56,955 bases of DNA from Pseudomonadota bacterium (GCA_021325135.1 JAJPHT010000031.1:1-56955), one strand, 5' to 3'; numbered from the stretch's first letter, positions 35,893-44,897 are shown. Program-made: numbers and translations. The notes: generated by a model from the letters alone, not told the origin.

Positions 35893-37410
35893 ATGCGGAG
35901 GCTGGCCCTCGTCCTGCTGTTCCTCGTGGCGTCGGGCTGCGCGACGCCCGGGGCCAACGTCGCGCCCACCTCCGCCGCGTCGCTGGGCTCGTGGCGCCTG
36001 GACTGCTCGCTGGGCGCGCTGGAGCGCGCGCACGACCCCGCGTGGGTGCAGGACTGCGTCGCGCGGGGCAGCCACACGCCCGGCCCCAAGGCGGAGATCG
36101 CCCTCGCGGTCAACCCCAAGGACCCCAACAACGTCGTCATCGGCTCCAAGGACGACGACCCCGAGAGCAGCACGTACTGCGTCTGGAACGGCCTCGCGGT
36201 CACGCACGACGGCGGCAAGAGCTGGAAGGACGTGACCATCGGCGGCAAGTGGTACGAGCGCGACCCCACCTCGCCCTACTACGGCTTCGCCTGCAACACG
36301 GACCCGGACCTCGCCTTCGACGCCAAGGGGGACGCGCACTACGCGGTGGAGCTCTACAACGTCGCCTCGCCCAGCGCCAGCGGCCCCCTGGGTCCCGACC
36401 CCACGAGCCGCCGCGCGATCCTCACGCCGGGCTGGAAGGTCGTCCTGGCCACCTCGCACGACGGGGGCGACACGTGGCCCGACGCGGTGACGGAGGACGT
36501 GAGCGACGGCGTCGCGGCCATCATCGACTACCACCGCACCGTCGTCAACCCCAAGACGGGCAGCATCGTCACGGCCATCCGCGCCACCAGCGGAGGACCC
36601 GTCGCGCTCACCGGCAAGGTCTACACGGACTGCCACGTCCTCGTCTCGCGCGACGGGGGCAAGACCGCGGACCCGCCCGTCCTCGTGAACGGCCCCGACG
36701 CGCCGCCCGTCACCACCTGCGAGGCGCTCGCCGCGAGCCCCAACGGCACCCTCGTCATGCTGGGCCGGCCCGGCACGGGCGTCAGCGGCGCGGCCACCGA
36801 GCAGACCACGCCCATCTCGATCTCCTGGAGCCAGGACGACGGCCGCACGTGGACGACGCCCGCGCACAGCTTTGACATCCACAGCATCCCGGGCACGTTC
36901 AACGGCTCGCAGTTCCGCACGGGCACGAACCTGGAGCTGGTCTACGACCTCAGCGACGCGCCCAGCCGCGGCACGCTCTACGCGCTCTACGCCGGAAACG
37001 ACCGCGGCAACGCGGACGTCTACCTGCGCGCCAGCCGCGACGACGGCCACACGTGGTCGCCCCCCGTCCGCGTCGACCAGGACGAGGGCGCGCACCAGCA
37101 GTGGCTCGCCAACATGGCGATCCCGCGCGACGGCTCGCTCCACGTCTTCTACCTCGACACGCGCTACGACCCGCAGGACCGCCTCATCGGCGTCACGCAC
37201 AGCGTGAGCCTGGACGGCGGCAGGACGTGGGCCGACGAGCGCGTGACCAACGTCACCTGGGACGGCGACCTGGGCCGCCACCAGGAGCGCCAGAGCTTCA
37301 TCGGCGACTACCTGGGCGCGGGCGCCAGCGGCGACGTGGTGTGGGGCGGCTTCCCGGACGCCAGCAACGGCGTGGCGCCCGTGATCGCGGCGGCGCGCGT
37401 CTCGCGTTGA
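35893..37410 (+). CDS. Sialidase-like (BNR/Asp-box) beta-propeller lipoprotein
   Basis: VASGC lipobox; repeated S.DGG.TW Asp-boxes; terminal FIGDY. Confidence 0.88.
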   Translation: MRRLALVLLFLVASGCATPGANVAPTSAASLGSWRLDCSLGALERAHDPAWVQDCVARGSHTPGPKAEIALAVNPKDPNNVVIGSKDDDPESSTYCVWNGLAVTHDGGKSWKDVTIGGKWYERDPTSPYYGFACNTDPDLAFDAKGDAHYAVELYNVASPSASGPLGPDPTSRRAILTPGWKVVLATSHDGGDTWPDAVTEDVSDGVAAIIDYHRTVVNPKTGSIVTAIRATSGGPVALTGKVYTDCHVLVSRDGGKTADPPVLVNGPDAPPVTTCEALAASPNGTLVMLGRPGTGVSGAATEQTTPISISWSQDDGRTWTTPAHSFDIHSIPGTFNGSQFRTGTNLELVYDLSDAPSRGTLYALYAGNDRGNADVYLRASRDDGHTWSPPVRVDQDEGAHQQWLANMAIPRDGSLHVFYLDTRYDPQDRLIGVTHSVSLDGGRTWADERVTNVTWDGDLGRHQERQSFIGDYLGAGASGDVVWGGFPDASNGVAPVIAAARVSR

Positions 37411-37458
37411 GGGACGCGTAACCCAAAAGGTATGGGTTTTGGCCGCCTCCCTTGGGGC

Positions 37459-37914
37459 ATGACCGCCGAGATCCTCCAGGAGGTCGAGCTTCCCCACCCC
37501 GTCGAGCGCGTCTGGAAGGCGCTCACGGACCCCCGCGAGCTGGCGCAGTGGTTCGGCGCGAGCGACATCCGGCTGGAGAAGGGCGCGCGCTTCCGCATCC
37601 TCTCGCCGCCCAATCCCCACTGGGACGGCATCCGCCGCTGCGAGGTGCTGGAGGTCGAGGCGCCGCGCCGGCTCGTCTACTCGTGGCAGATGACCGGGCA
37701 CGAGACGCACCGCGTGGAGTGGACGCTCCGGCCCACGGCCTCGGGGACGGCGCTGCGCGTGCGGCACTCCGGCTTCGCGCCCGACTGGGCGCTGCGAGCC
37801 ATGGTGACGCGCGGCTACGAGGCGCTCCTCGCGGAGAACCTCCCCGCGTGGCTTCGCACCGGGCGCGCGCAGCTTCCTCCGTACACGCCCACGCCCGAGC
37901 AGACGGGAGCCTGA
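37459..37914 (+). CDS. SRPBCC/AHA1-like domain protein
   Basis: PHPVERVWKALTDP..LAQWF, P.RLVYSW, GT.L...HSGF. Confidence 0.9.
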   Translation: MTAEILQEVELPHPVERVWKALTDPRELAQWFGASDIRLEKGARFRILSPPNPHWDGIRRCEVLEVEAPRRLVYSWQMTGHETHRVEWTLRPTASGTALRVRHSGFAPDWALRAMVTRGYEALLAENLPAWLRTGRAQLPPYTPTPEQTGA

Positions 37915-38280
37915 ATGCGGGGCCTCGCGCGGCGCGGCGGGCGGCCGACGAACCGCGAGCGGGCGGAGCGCGAGGGCCCGCAGGGCGCCCTGCTGCGCGC
38001 GCTGGGCCACGAGACGCGCCGCCGCATCGTCCTCATGCTCGCGGAGAGCCCGCTCCCGGTTCACGCCATCGCGGAGGCCTTCGACGTGTCGCGCCCCATG
38101 GTCTCGAAGCACCTGCGCGCGCTGGCGCAGGCCGGGCTCGTGGAGGCGCAGGCCGCGGGCCGCGAGCGGCGCTATCGTCTGCTGCGCACGCCCGAGGCGC
38201 GCACGGCGGTCGCGCTCTCGCGCGCCGACGCGGACTACGCGCGGGCCCTGGAGCGGCTGCGCGACCACCTGGGGCCCTAG
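37915..38280 (+). CDS. ArsR/SmtB family transcriptional regulator
   Basis: ALGHETRRRIV, VSRPMVSKHL..L..AGLV, GRERRY. Confidence 0.9.
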   Translation: MRGLARRGGRPTNRERAEREGPQGALLRALGHETRRRIVLMLAESPLPVHAIAEAFDVSRPMVSKHLRALAQAGLVEAQAAGRERRYRLLRTPEARTAVALSRADADYARALERLRDHLGP

Positions 38281-39104
38281 CGCCCCGCGTCCAGCAGCAT
38301 CCGCAGCACCTCGGGGCGCGTGTCGCGCAGCACGGGGCGCCGGCGGCGCGCCTCGGCCACGTCCGCCAGGTCCAGCGCGACGTGGACGACGCCCTCCTCG
38401 TCGTAGGGCCCCTGCGCGACCTTGCCGCCGCGGGGGCTCCACGCCTGCGCGCCGCCCCAGAAGAGGGCCGCGTCCTGCGGGCCCGAGAGGTTGGTGTAGA
38501 GCAGGTGGCAGGTGGTCTCCAGCGCGCGGGCGGCGAAGACGGCCTCGAAGTGGGGGCGGCTGGGCGTGGGCGACGCGCTGGCGCAGACGATGACGTCCGC
38601 GCCCTGGAGCGCGAGCGCCTTCGTGACCTCGGGGAAGAAGAGGTCGTAGCAGATGCAGAGGCCCAGCCGCACCTGCTCGCCGCCCAGCGTGGCCTCGAAG
38701 ACGGGCAGGCTGCGCCCTTCGCCGAACCAGAGGTCCTCCTCGAAGAGGCTGAACGTGGGGAGGTAGACCTTGTCGTAGCGCCCCACGAGGCCGCCGGGCC
38801 CCAGGAGGAGCAGGCTGTTGTGGACGACGCCGCGCGCCGTGCCGCGGGTGGGGGCGCCCACGACGAGGTGCTTGCCCGTCTCGCGGCACGCACGGGCCAG
38901 CTCGGCGAGGGGGCCCTCCGGCGCGTGGACGTCCAGGGCCAGCTCCGCGAAGCCGTCCTTCACGGCGTAGCCGGAGAGGAACAGCTCAGGAAAGACCACG
39001 AGGTCGGCGCGCTCGCGGCGGAGCGCGTCGACCACGCGGGCGACGTTGGCCTTCACGTCCCCCAGGACGGGCCTGGCCTGCACGAGGGCCGCTTGGAAGG
39101 GCAT
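38277..39104 (-). CDS. Carbon-nitrogen hydrolase (nitrilase superfamily)
   Basis: VFPELFLSGY, YDKVYLP, ICYDLFFPE (Glu-Lys-Cys triad). Confidence 0.93.
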   Translation of the reverse strand: MPFQAALVQARPVLGDVKANVARVVDALRRERADLVVFPELFLSGYAVKDGFAELALDVHAPEGPLAELARACRETGKHLVVGAPTRGTARGVVHNSLLLLGPGGLVGRYDKVYLPTFSLFEEDLWFGEGRSLPVFEATLGGEQVRLGLCICYDLFFPEVTKALALQGADVIVCASASPTPSRPHFEAVFAARALETTCHLLYTNLSGPQDAALFWGGAQAWSPRGGKVAQGPYDEEGVVHVALDLADVAEARRRRPVLRDTRPEVLRMLLDAGR

Positions 39105-39135
39105 GGCAGGCCATGGCGCCGTTCGGGATTTAACG

Positions 39136-40185
39136 CTAGCCCACCACGGGCAGGCCCGACGAGCCGCCGTCGTGGAGGTGCTGGTCGTTCCACTCCTGCG
39201 AGTTGCACGTCGTCATGCTGGGCTCGCAGTAGTAGGGCGCCGTGCTGCCCTGCGTGTCGATGAGCACGTAGTTGCGCACAAACGGCTTGGCCGCCGCGCC
39301 GTAGTAGATGTCCACGTTGGCGGTGGCGTGGCAGGCGAAGTCCGGCTGGCTGTCGCCGCTGCAGCTCGCGCTGCCGCCGTGGTTGCCGCGGCCGGTGCTG
39401 TTCTGCGAGAAGGCCGGGCCGGGCATGTAGTTCGTGCCCGGGTTGTACGGGTGGCTGTTGCCTTCCTTGTCGTCGTCGTTGCCGGGGCAGGGCCACTGGT
39501 ACGAGTTGGACTGGTAGTTGTAGACGCCGGGCTGGCAGCCGTTGACGTCGGTGGAGGCCACCGAGTGGTCCTTGGCGCCGCTCACCACGAGGTCTTCCAG
39601 CTTGAAGTAGAGGACCGCGTTGTACGTGAAGCCCTGGCCCGTCGTCGACCCGCACGAGTGCTGGTCGTCGTCGATGCCGTAGCTCACGTCCTTGCCGCCC
39701 AGGGCGACGGTCCAGATGGGGCTGCTGTTCACGATCCACTTGTCGACGTTCCACACAGCGTTGTTGGGGTCCGTGATCATGTACGACTCGCTGTAGGTCG
39801 TGTTGTCGAAGGTGGCGGTGCGGGGGTCGGGGTCGCCCGCGCGGACGGCAAGCACGGCGCCGCACGGGTAGAGGATGTTGATGTTGGGGGCGCCGCTCAC
39901 GCCGGGCTTCACCAGGTACTGGTCGTTGAACCAGAGGACGCCCGGGAAGCGCGAGTAGGACGCCGACGTGTTGAACTCGCGCACGAGCACCGCGACGGCC
40001 GCCGCGAAGCGGGTCTCGGTGGTGCTGAACCCGATGGGCTGGATGGTCGTGAAGACCGTGTGGCCTTCCACCACCTGCTCCGTGACCGGGTTGAGAATCA
40101 TGGTGACGGCGGCGCCCATGGCGGGCACGACCAGCAAGAGCATCGCCACGAGGGCGACCAGAATCGTCCTGACGCGGACTCCCAA
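39136..40185 (-). CDS. Secreted Cys/Asn/Tyr-rich hypothetical protein (start uncertain, TTG)
   Basis: Signal peptide ending PAMG; strong codon bias; no recognised family. Confidence 0.7.
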   Translation of the reverse strand: MGVRVRTILVALVAMLLLVVPAMGAAVTMILNPVTEQVVEGHTVFTTIQPIGFSTTETRFAAAVAVLVREFNTSASYSRFPGVLWFNDQYLVKPGVSGAPNINILYPCGAVLAVRAGDPDPRTATFDNTTYSESYMITDPNNAVWNVDKWIVNSSPIWTVALGGKDVSYGIDDDQHSCGSTTGQGFTYNAVLYFKLEDLVVSGAKDHSVASTDVNGCQPGVYNYQSNSYQWPCPGNDDDKEGNSHPYNPGTNYMPGPAFSQNSTGRGNHGGSASCSGDSQPDFACHATANVDIYYGAAAKPFVRNYVLIDTQGSTAPYYCEPSMTTCNSQEWNDQHLHDGGSSGLPVVG

Positions 40186-40322
40186 AGCCTCTACTCCCTG
40201 CGGGTAAGCCGTCGGAGGGGCACATCCCCCTTCCTCCGCCACCAGACGGGGTGACAACCCTCCCGGGATCGGATTGCGAAGGGCTATGAACCCCGTCCGG
40301 CGTGAATCCTGCAGGGATGCAC

Positions 40323-41678
40323 ATGCAGACGCTCGATCAGCTCATCGCCCGCGTGGTGGAGCACAAGGGGTACACCGTCCAAGGCTCTGACGCCGAGGCC
40401 CTGTTCGCGCGCAAGGGCGACGAGGCCTTCCTCGCCGCGTGGAAGCTGGACGGCCCCGTCACGGCCGCCGACGCGCAGCTCTTCCTCCAGGCCTATGAAC
40501 AGGTCCACGCCACGTCGGGGGTCCTGGTGGCCCCCCGCGGCCTGGACGCCGCCGCCAAGGACGCCATCGCCGCCGCCAAGGGGGTCGAGGCCTGGGCCGA
40601 GAGCCGCCTCGTCCTGGAAGTGGGGGAGGCCATGGTGAAGGACGCGCTGGACGGGCGCCAGCCCGCAGGTGTGGCCGCACCTGCGCCCGTGGCCCCCTCC
40701 GCGCCTGCGCAGTTCCCGGCGACCCCCGCCAGCGCGTTCCAGGCCAGCCCGCAGACGCAGGCCACCAACAAGACCACCTCCAAGTTCCCCAGCCTCGTCG
40801 CGCAGGCCGCCTCCGCCTCGGTGGTGTCCAACGCCGGCGCGGCGTACTTCATGCCCAACCACCACAAGGAGGCGCCCGCCGACATGCAGGCCACCATCGC
40901 GCAGCAGAAGGGCGGCGCCCTGGGCTACGCGTGGGGCGGCGCCACGGGCAGCAGCTCCAACCCCGGCATCGCGCAGGTGCGCAGCGGCCGGCACCCCTCC
41001 AAGCACGTGGACCAGTGGGGCAACCTCATCCCCGAGGGCCAGCAGGCGCCGGTCGCCTCGGCCGCCTCCGCGGCGCCCGCGGCCGCGGCGGTCCAGGTGG
41101 CCCCCGACGAGGAGGCCTACGAGATCATCACCACCAAGAAGCCCGCCAAGGCGGCGGCCACCGTCGTCGAGCCGGTGAGCACCGGCTCAGGGGTCCTGAA
41201 GCTCAACGTGAGCGCGCAGGACGCCCTGGCCAAGAGCGGCAAGACGGGCACGCCCAAGCTCGCCCTCGTGCCCCACGTCGCCTTCGACTACGACCTCCAC
41301 ATGGAGCGCCCCGGCCTCGCGACGCCGGTCACGGGGAAGGGCGCCCTCCTGGTCTCCTCCCTCACGGGCGACCTGCGCACCGTGGACGCCCTCGCGTGGG
41401 AGCCCACGGCGCCCGCCGACGCGCGCCGCGAGCAGGAGAAGCTCCAGGCCGTCGACCTCTACGAGAAGGTGAAGGCCCACATGCTCAAGACCTACACCAA
41501 GACCGTGCAGGTGGAGAAGGAGATCGCGGGCAACACGGTCATGGAGAACGTGAAGCTCGTGCCCGACCCCGACGAGATGGGCCTCCAGCACCGCGGCATG
41601 ATCATGTGCCCCGTCTGGGAGATCACGACCTCGACGGGCGTGACCCGCGTGGACGCGTTCACGGGCGCCGTCTCCTGA
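40323..41678 (+). CDS. Protein with degenerate Mrr-like N-terminal domain, low-complexity linker and C-terminal domain
   Basis: GY.V..ARKG..PVT..A..F..GVLV..G...AA..A pattern of Mrr_cat without catalytic D/QxK; ends VDAFTG. Confidence 0.65.
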   Translation: MQTLDQLIARVVEHKGYTVQGSDAEALFARKGDEAFLAAWKLDGPVTAADAQLFLQAYEQVHATSGVLVAPRGLDAAAKDAIAAAKGVEAWAESRLVLEVGEAMVKDALDGRQPAGVAAPAPVAPSAPAQFPATPASAFQASPQTQATNKTTSKFPSLVAQAASASVVSNAGAAYFMPNHHKEAPADMQATIAQQKGGALGYAWGGATGSSSNPGIAQVRSGRHPSKHVDQWGNLIPEGQQAPVASAASAAPAAAAVQVAPDEEAYEIITTKKPAKAAATVVEPVSTGSGVLKLNVSAQDALAKSGKTGTPKLALVPHVAFDYDLHMERPGLATPVTGKGALLVSSLTGDLRTVDALAWEPTAPADARREQEKLQAVDLYEKVKAHMLKTYTKTVQVEKEIAGNTVMENVKLVPDPDEMGLQHRGMIMCPVWEITTSTGVTRVDAFTGAVS

Positions 41679-41750
41679 GGCGGCAGCCGCCCCGCTGCGG
41701 GGAGAAAGGTCCAAAGCCCGCGCGCCGGCTTCGACGCGCGGGCACTCCCC

Positions 41751-42206
41751 ATGCGCTCCGCGATCCTCTCTGTCCTTGTCCTTCTTGTCCTCTCCCAGAC
41801 GGCCCTCCTGGTCGCGCCCGCGGCCGACGCCGCGCCCCTCTGCGGCGCGCTCGTGGGCGTGCGCTGCGCGGACAACGGCCACTTCTGCTGGGTCTACGTC
41901 GGCGGCCCCGTCCGCGACTGCGTGCAGACCTCCGCCAGCGTGACCGACGCCTCCGTGCCCGTGGGCCACTGCGTGAACACGGACCACACCAACTGCGACG
42001 GCTGGGCCTGCGTCTGGTACGGGACCGTCCTCAAGGCGTGCGTCCCCAAGAGCCTCCCCGCCGCCAGCGTCGGCGAGTGCTCGGAGTTCCAATCGGGCCC
42101 GTGCCCGTACGAGCAGCTGGTGTGCGGCTACGTCGGCGCCAAGCCCGAGTGCGTCGAGGACCCCTGCTACAAGGACCCCGAGTTGTGCCACCCCACGTTG
42201 GCCTAA
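41751..42206 (+). CDS. Secreted Cys-rich protein with three 4-Cys repeats
   Basis: Signal peptide ending ADA; 14 Cys in C-x7-C-x4/6-C-x8/10-C-V units. Confidence 0.8.
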   Translation: MRSAILSVLVLLVLSQTALLVAPAADAAPLCGALVGVRCADNGHFCWVYVGGPVRDCVQTSASVTDASVPVGHCVNTDHTNCDGWACVWYGTVLKACVPKSLPAASVGECSEFQSGPCPYEQLVCGYVGAKPECVEDPCYKDPELCHPTLA

Positions 42207-42295
42207 GGGGGGTTCGGGGGGCGAAGCCCCCTGACGTTTTCATCGTCGGATCAGACCACTTCACGTCAGGGGGGCGAGCCCCCCTGAAACCCCCC
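42207..42295. repeat. Inverted doublet of REP-like GC hairpins
   Basis: GGGGGGTTCGGGGGGCGAAGCCCCCTGACGT ... ACGTCAGGGGGGCGAGCCCCCCTGAAACCCCCC between convergent genes. Confidence 0.75.
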
Positions 42296-42318
42296 ATCTT
42301 GCGCGCGACTGTGGAACG

Positions 42319-42759
42319 CTACGGGATGGGCAGCCCCGCGAACTCGCGGTCGTAGGTGAAGCCGTAGACGTCCCCGTCCGCCGCGCTCCAGCCGTCGATG
42401 CCCGTCGCGGACCCGACGCCGTTGACGCTGAGGAACCAGAACGTGCAGTGGACGAGCCAGACCGGCGTGTCGCACACCGCGCGCCGGCCGTCCACGCCAT
42501 CCAGGTAGAACGCGCCCACGGTGGGCGAGTAGGTGGCGCTCCAGCCCGCGATGCAGCCCGAGGCGGTGGCCGCGGTGAGGATGACCTTGCCGTCGCTGCC
42601 CGCCGGCACGTCGACCGCGCACGTCTTGGCCTCAGGGATCAGCGGGTACGCCGTCGCGTCGATCTCCAGCGTGACGTGGACCGTGGGGCCTCCCGGCGGG
42701 AGCGCGAGGGCGGCGGGAACGGGGAGGAGCAGCAGGAGCGCGATCAGGTGGGTTCTCAT
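42319..42759 (-). CDS. Secreted DUF4430 / transcobalamin beta-domain-like protein
   Basis: G.FYLDGVDG..FWFLSVNG....TGID.....DGDVYGFTY pattern. Confidence 0.75.
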   Translation of the reverse strand: MRTHLIALLLLLPVPAALALPPGGPTVHVTLEIDATAYPLIPEAKTCAVDVPAGSDGKVILTAATASGCIAGWSATYSPTVGAFYLDGVDGRRAVCDTPVWLVHCTFWFLSVNGVGSATGIDGWSAADGDVYGFTYDREFAGLPIP

Positions 42760-42808
42760 GGTGTCATGCCTGCCCTTGCGGGCGAAGCCCCGCCATGCGC
42801 CGCGGGTA

Positions 42809-42843
42809 CTTCAGCCTAGTTGAAGAATCTCAATTTCGATTGA
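42809..42843. promoter_or_regulatory. Two AT-rich palindromes in a divergent promoter (candidate operators)
   Basis: CTTCA-N7-TGAAG (42809-42825) and TCAAT-TTCG-ATTGA (42830-42843). Confidence 0.45.
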
Positions 42844-42889
42844 ACATCACGCAACCCAGCCTGCGGGAACGTTATCACCCCCCGGCGGC

Positions 42890-43753
42890 GTGCCCTCCAC
42901 GATGCTCCGCGCCGCCGCGCTCGCCCTCGTCCTGCTATCGCCCTGCGTCCTCGCCTCCGGCTTCGCGGGCGAGGGCGCGGCGCTCTCCTCGCTGCGCGCC
43001 TCGCAGGCCTCGGACGGCGGCTGGGGCTCGCGCACGGCCACCGACTGGGTCCTCCTGGGGCTCGCCGCCGCGAAGGAGGATCCCGCGGCGTGGGGCGTGG
43101 AAAGCTATCTCGTCGCGAACCCGCCCGACCCGACCTCGCTCCTGGCGTGGGAGCGCTCGACGCTGGCCCTCGCCTGCGCGGGCTACGACGCCAACGGCTT
43201 CCACGGCGTGGACTACGCGCTCGTGGTGCAGCTGGGCTTCGTGGGGAGCCAGTTCGGCAGCCCCTCGGCCGTGAACGACGACGACTGGGCGATCCTCTCC
43301 CTGCGCGCCGCGGGCCTCCCCGCCAGCGACCCGCGCCTCCAGCTCTCGTCCCAGTTCGTCCTCCAGGCGCAGCGCCCCGACGGCGGCTGGAGCTGGAGCA
43401 CGACGGGCTCCTCCGACCCCGACGACACCGGCGCCGCGCTCATGGCGCTCGCCGCCGCCGACGCCGCGGGGCGCGGCCCTGCCGTGGACCGCGCCGTCGC
43501 GCACCTCCGCGCCATCGAGAACGCCGACGGCGGCTGGGGCGCCCTCGCGGGCCAGCCCAGCAACGCGCTGAGCACGGCGTGGGTCGCCATGGGCCTCCTC
43601 GCGTCGGGGGCGGACGCCGCCGCGGCGCAGGCGTACCTCGCGTCCCTCCAGGCCGGCGACGGGGCCTTCCCCTACGCGGCGGGCCAGGCGGGGACTCCTC
43701 TGGTAACGGGGACAGCGATGGTGCCGCTCCTCGGTGCGTCCTACGTTTGCTGA
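42890..43753 (+). CDS. Secreted alpha/alpha-barrel (prenyltransferase/squalene-cyclase repeat) protein, transcobalamin alpha-domain-like
   Basis: Signal peptide; repeated Q..DGGW; SDPDDTGAALMAL and SNALSTAW motifs. Confidence 0.8.
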   Translation: MPSTMLRAAALALVLLSPCVLASGFAGEGAALSSLRASQASDGGWGSRTATDWVLLGLAAAKEDPAAWGVESYLVANPPDPTSLLAWERSTLALACAGYDANGFHGVDYALVVQLGFVGSQFGSPSAVNDDDWAILSLRAAGLPASDPRLQLSSQFVLQAQRPDGGWSWSTTGSSDPDDTGAALMALAAADAAGRGPAVDRAVAHLRAIENADGGWGALAGQPSNALSTAWVAMGLLASGADAAAAQAYLASLQAGDGAFPYAAGQAGTPLVTGTAMVPLLGASYVC

Positions 43754-43755
43754 TC

Positions 43756-43878
43756 CCCCTCGTCAAGGGTCCAGAGAACGCGACGAGCGCGAAGAGCGCC
43801 AAGGTCGCAAGGTTCCTCTTCGTCGCGCCCTTTGCGCTCGTGGCGCTCGTCGCGTTCTTTGGACCCTTGACCAAAGAG
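43756..43878. repeat. Long palindromic element, copy 1 (9-nt periodic arms)
   Basis: GTCAAGGGTCCAGAGAACGCGACGAGCGC (43762-43790) pairs with 43843-43871 with one mismatch. Confidence 0.9.
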
Positions 43879-43882
43879 CAAA

Positions 43883-44731
43883 TCAGGACGTGCACACCGG
43901 CAAGGGGCAGGACTTGCCCAGGTTGTCCACGCTCACGACGCGGATGAGGAAGTTGAGGTTCTGCCCGTAGAGCGGATGCGCCTCGTTCCCCGGGTAGGTG
44001 TAGGCCCTCGCGGCGGGCACGCGCACGGCCAGCGTCTCGCCCGCGACCATGCCGCCCCCGTCGCCCGCGTCCCGCAGCCGCGCGTCGAAGCCGTCGATGA
44101 CGGGGTGATAGCACGGCGCGACCTCGCAGCCGGTGGAATTGTACGGCTCGGGCGGAGGCGTGCCGCGCTTGCCGCCGACGTAGACCTTCAGCGGCGTGAA
44201 GTCCTCCGTGCCGTTGTCCAGCCGCGAGTAGGCGAGCCCCGCCTGCGCGCGCACGGTGGGCTCGTTGGTCTCGATGACGCTGCCGTTGTCCGCGAAGAGG
44301 ACGTAGTAGACCTGCGTCCCGACGCCGGCGCGCAGCGGCTCGCGCCCCAGGTCCTTCACGTTCACGGTCACCGTCGCGCGCGTGTCGCCCACGAGCACGT
44401 CCACGGCGTGGGGCCCGTAGGTCGCGTCCAGCGAGGGCGTCACGCGCACGATGAGCGCCTGCGACCGGCTCCCGGGGATGTCGACGCTCTGGTTCTCGGG
44501 CTCGAAGGTCCAGCCGGCGGGCAGGCCGTCCGCGTGCACGGGGAGCGTCTGCTTGAACGCCGACGTGCTGTGGAGGTAGAAGGCGAACTCGGTGCCGCGC
44601 CCGGGCTGCGCGTCGTTGAGCGGCAGGTAGGGCACGACGTCCACGGGGCTCGACTTCGGGCCGAAGCACCCCGCCAGCACGGCGGGCGCGGCGAGGAGGA
44701 GGGCCAGCGTGGCGACCCGGAGCGGGCGCAT
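43883..44731 (-). CDS. Lipoprotein with C-terminal FKBP-type PPIase-like domain
   Basis: LAGC lipobox; V.Y....NG.VI.TN, VIDGF, GM..GE....VP...AY, HPLYGQNLNF.I.V. Confidence 0.8.
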   Translation of the reverse strand: MRPLRVATLALLLAAPAVLAGCFGPKSSPVDVVPYLPLNDAQPGRGTEFAFYLHSTSAFKQTLPVHADGLPAGWTFEPENQSVDIPGSRSQALIVRVTPSLDATYGPHAVDVLVGDTRATVTVNVKDLGREPLRAGVGTQVYYVLFADNGSVIETNEPTVRAQAGLAYSRLDNGTEDFTPLKVYVGGKRGTPPPEPYNSTGCEVAPCYHPVIDGFDARLRDAGDGGGMVAGETLAVRVPAARAYTYPGNEAHPLYGQNLNFLIRVVSVDNLGKSCPLPVCTS

Positions 44732-44787
44732 CACGCGGCGCACACCGATGGGGGCACTTGAAGCAACCGGCGGACGCTTCTTTCGCC

Positions 44788-44893
44788 CTCCTTGGTCAGG
44801 GGTCCAGAGAACGCGACGAGCGCGAAGAGCGCCAGGGACGCGATGTTTCCCTTCGTCGCGCTCTTCGCGTTCTTTGGACCCTTGATCAGAGAG
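44788..44893. repeat. Long palindromic element, copy 2
   Basis: GGTCAGGGGTCCAGAGAACGCGACGAGCGCGAAGAGCGCC ... CGCGTTCTTTGGACCCTTGATC, near-identical to copy 1, same orientation. Confidence 0.9.
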
Positions 44894-44897
44894 ACAA

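Noticed and set aside
42760-42889. Cobalamin riboswitch between the transcobalamin-like genes
   Set aside because: Region is short, must hold two promoters, and I could not identify the conserved B12-box core.
42890-43753. Squalene-hopene cyclase (DxDD motif)
   Set aside because: Only about 290 aa with a signal peptide and a single barrel; context with DUF4430 fits a binding protein better.
43756-44893. Repeats as a CRISPR array
   Set aside because: Only two long palindromic copies about 1 kb apart, no repeat-spacer periodicity and no cas genes.
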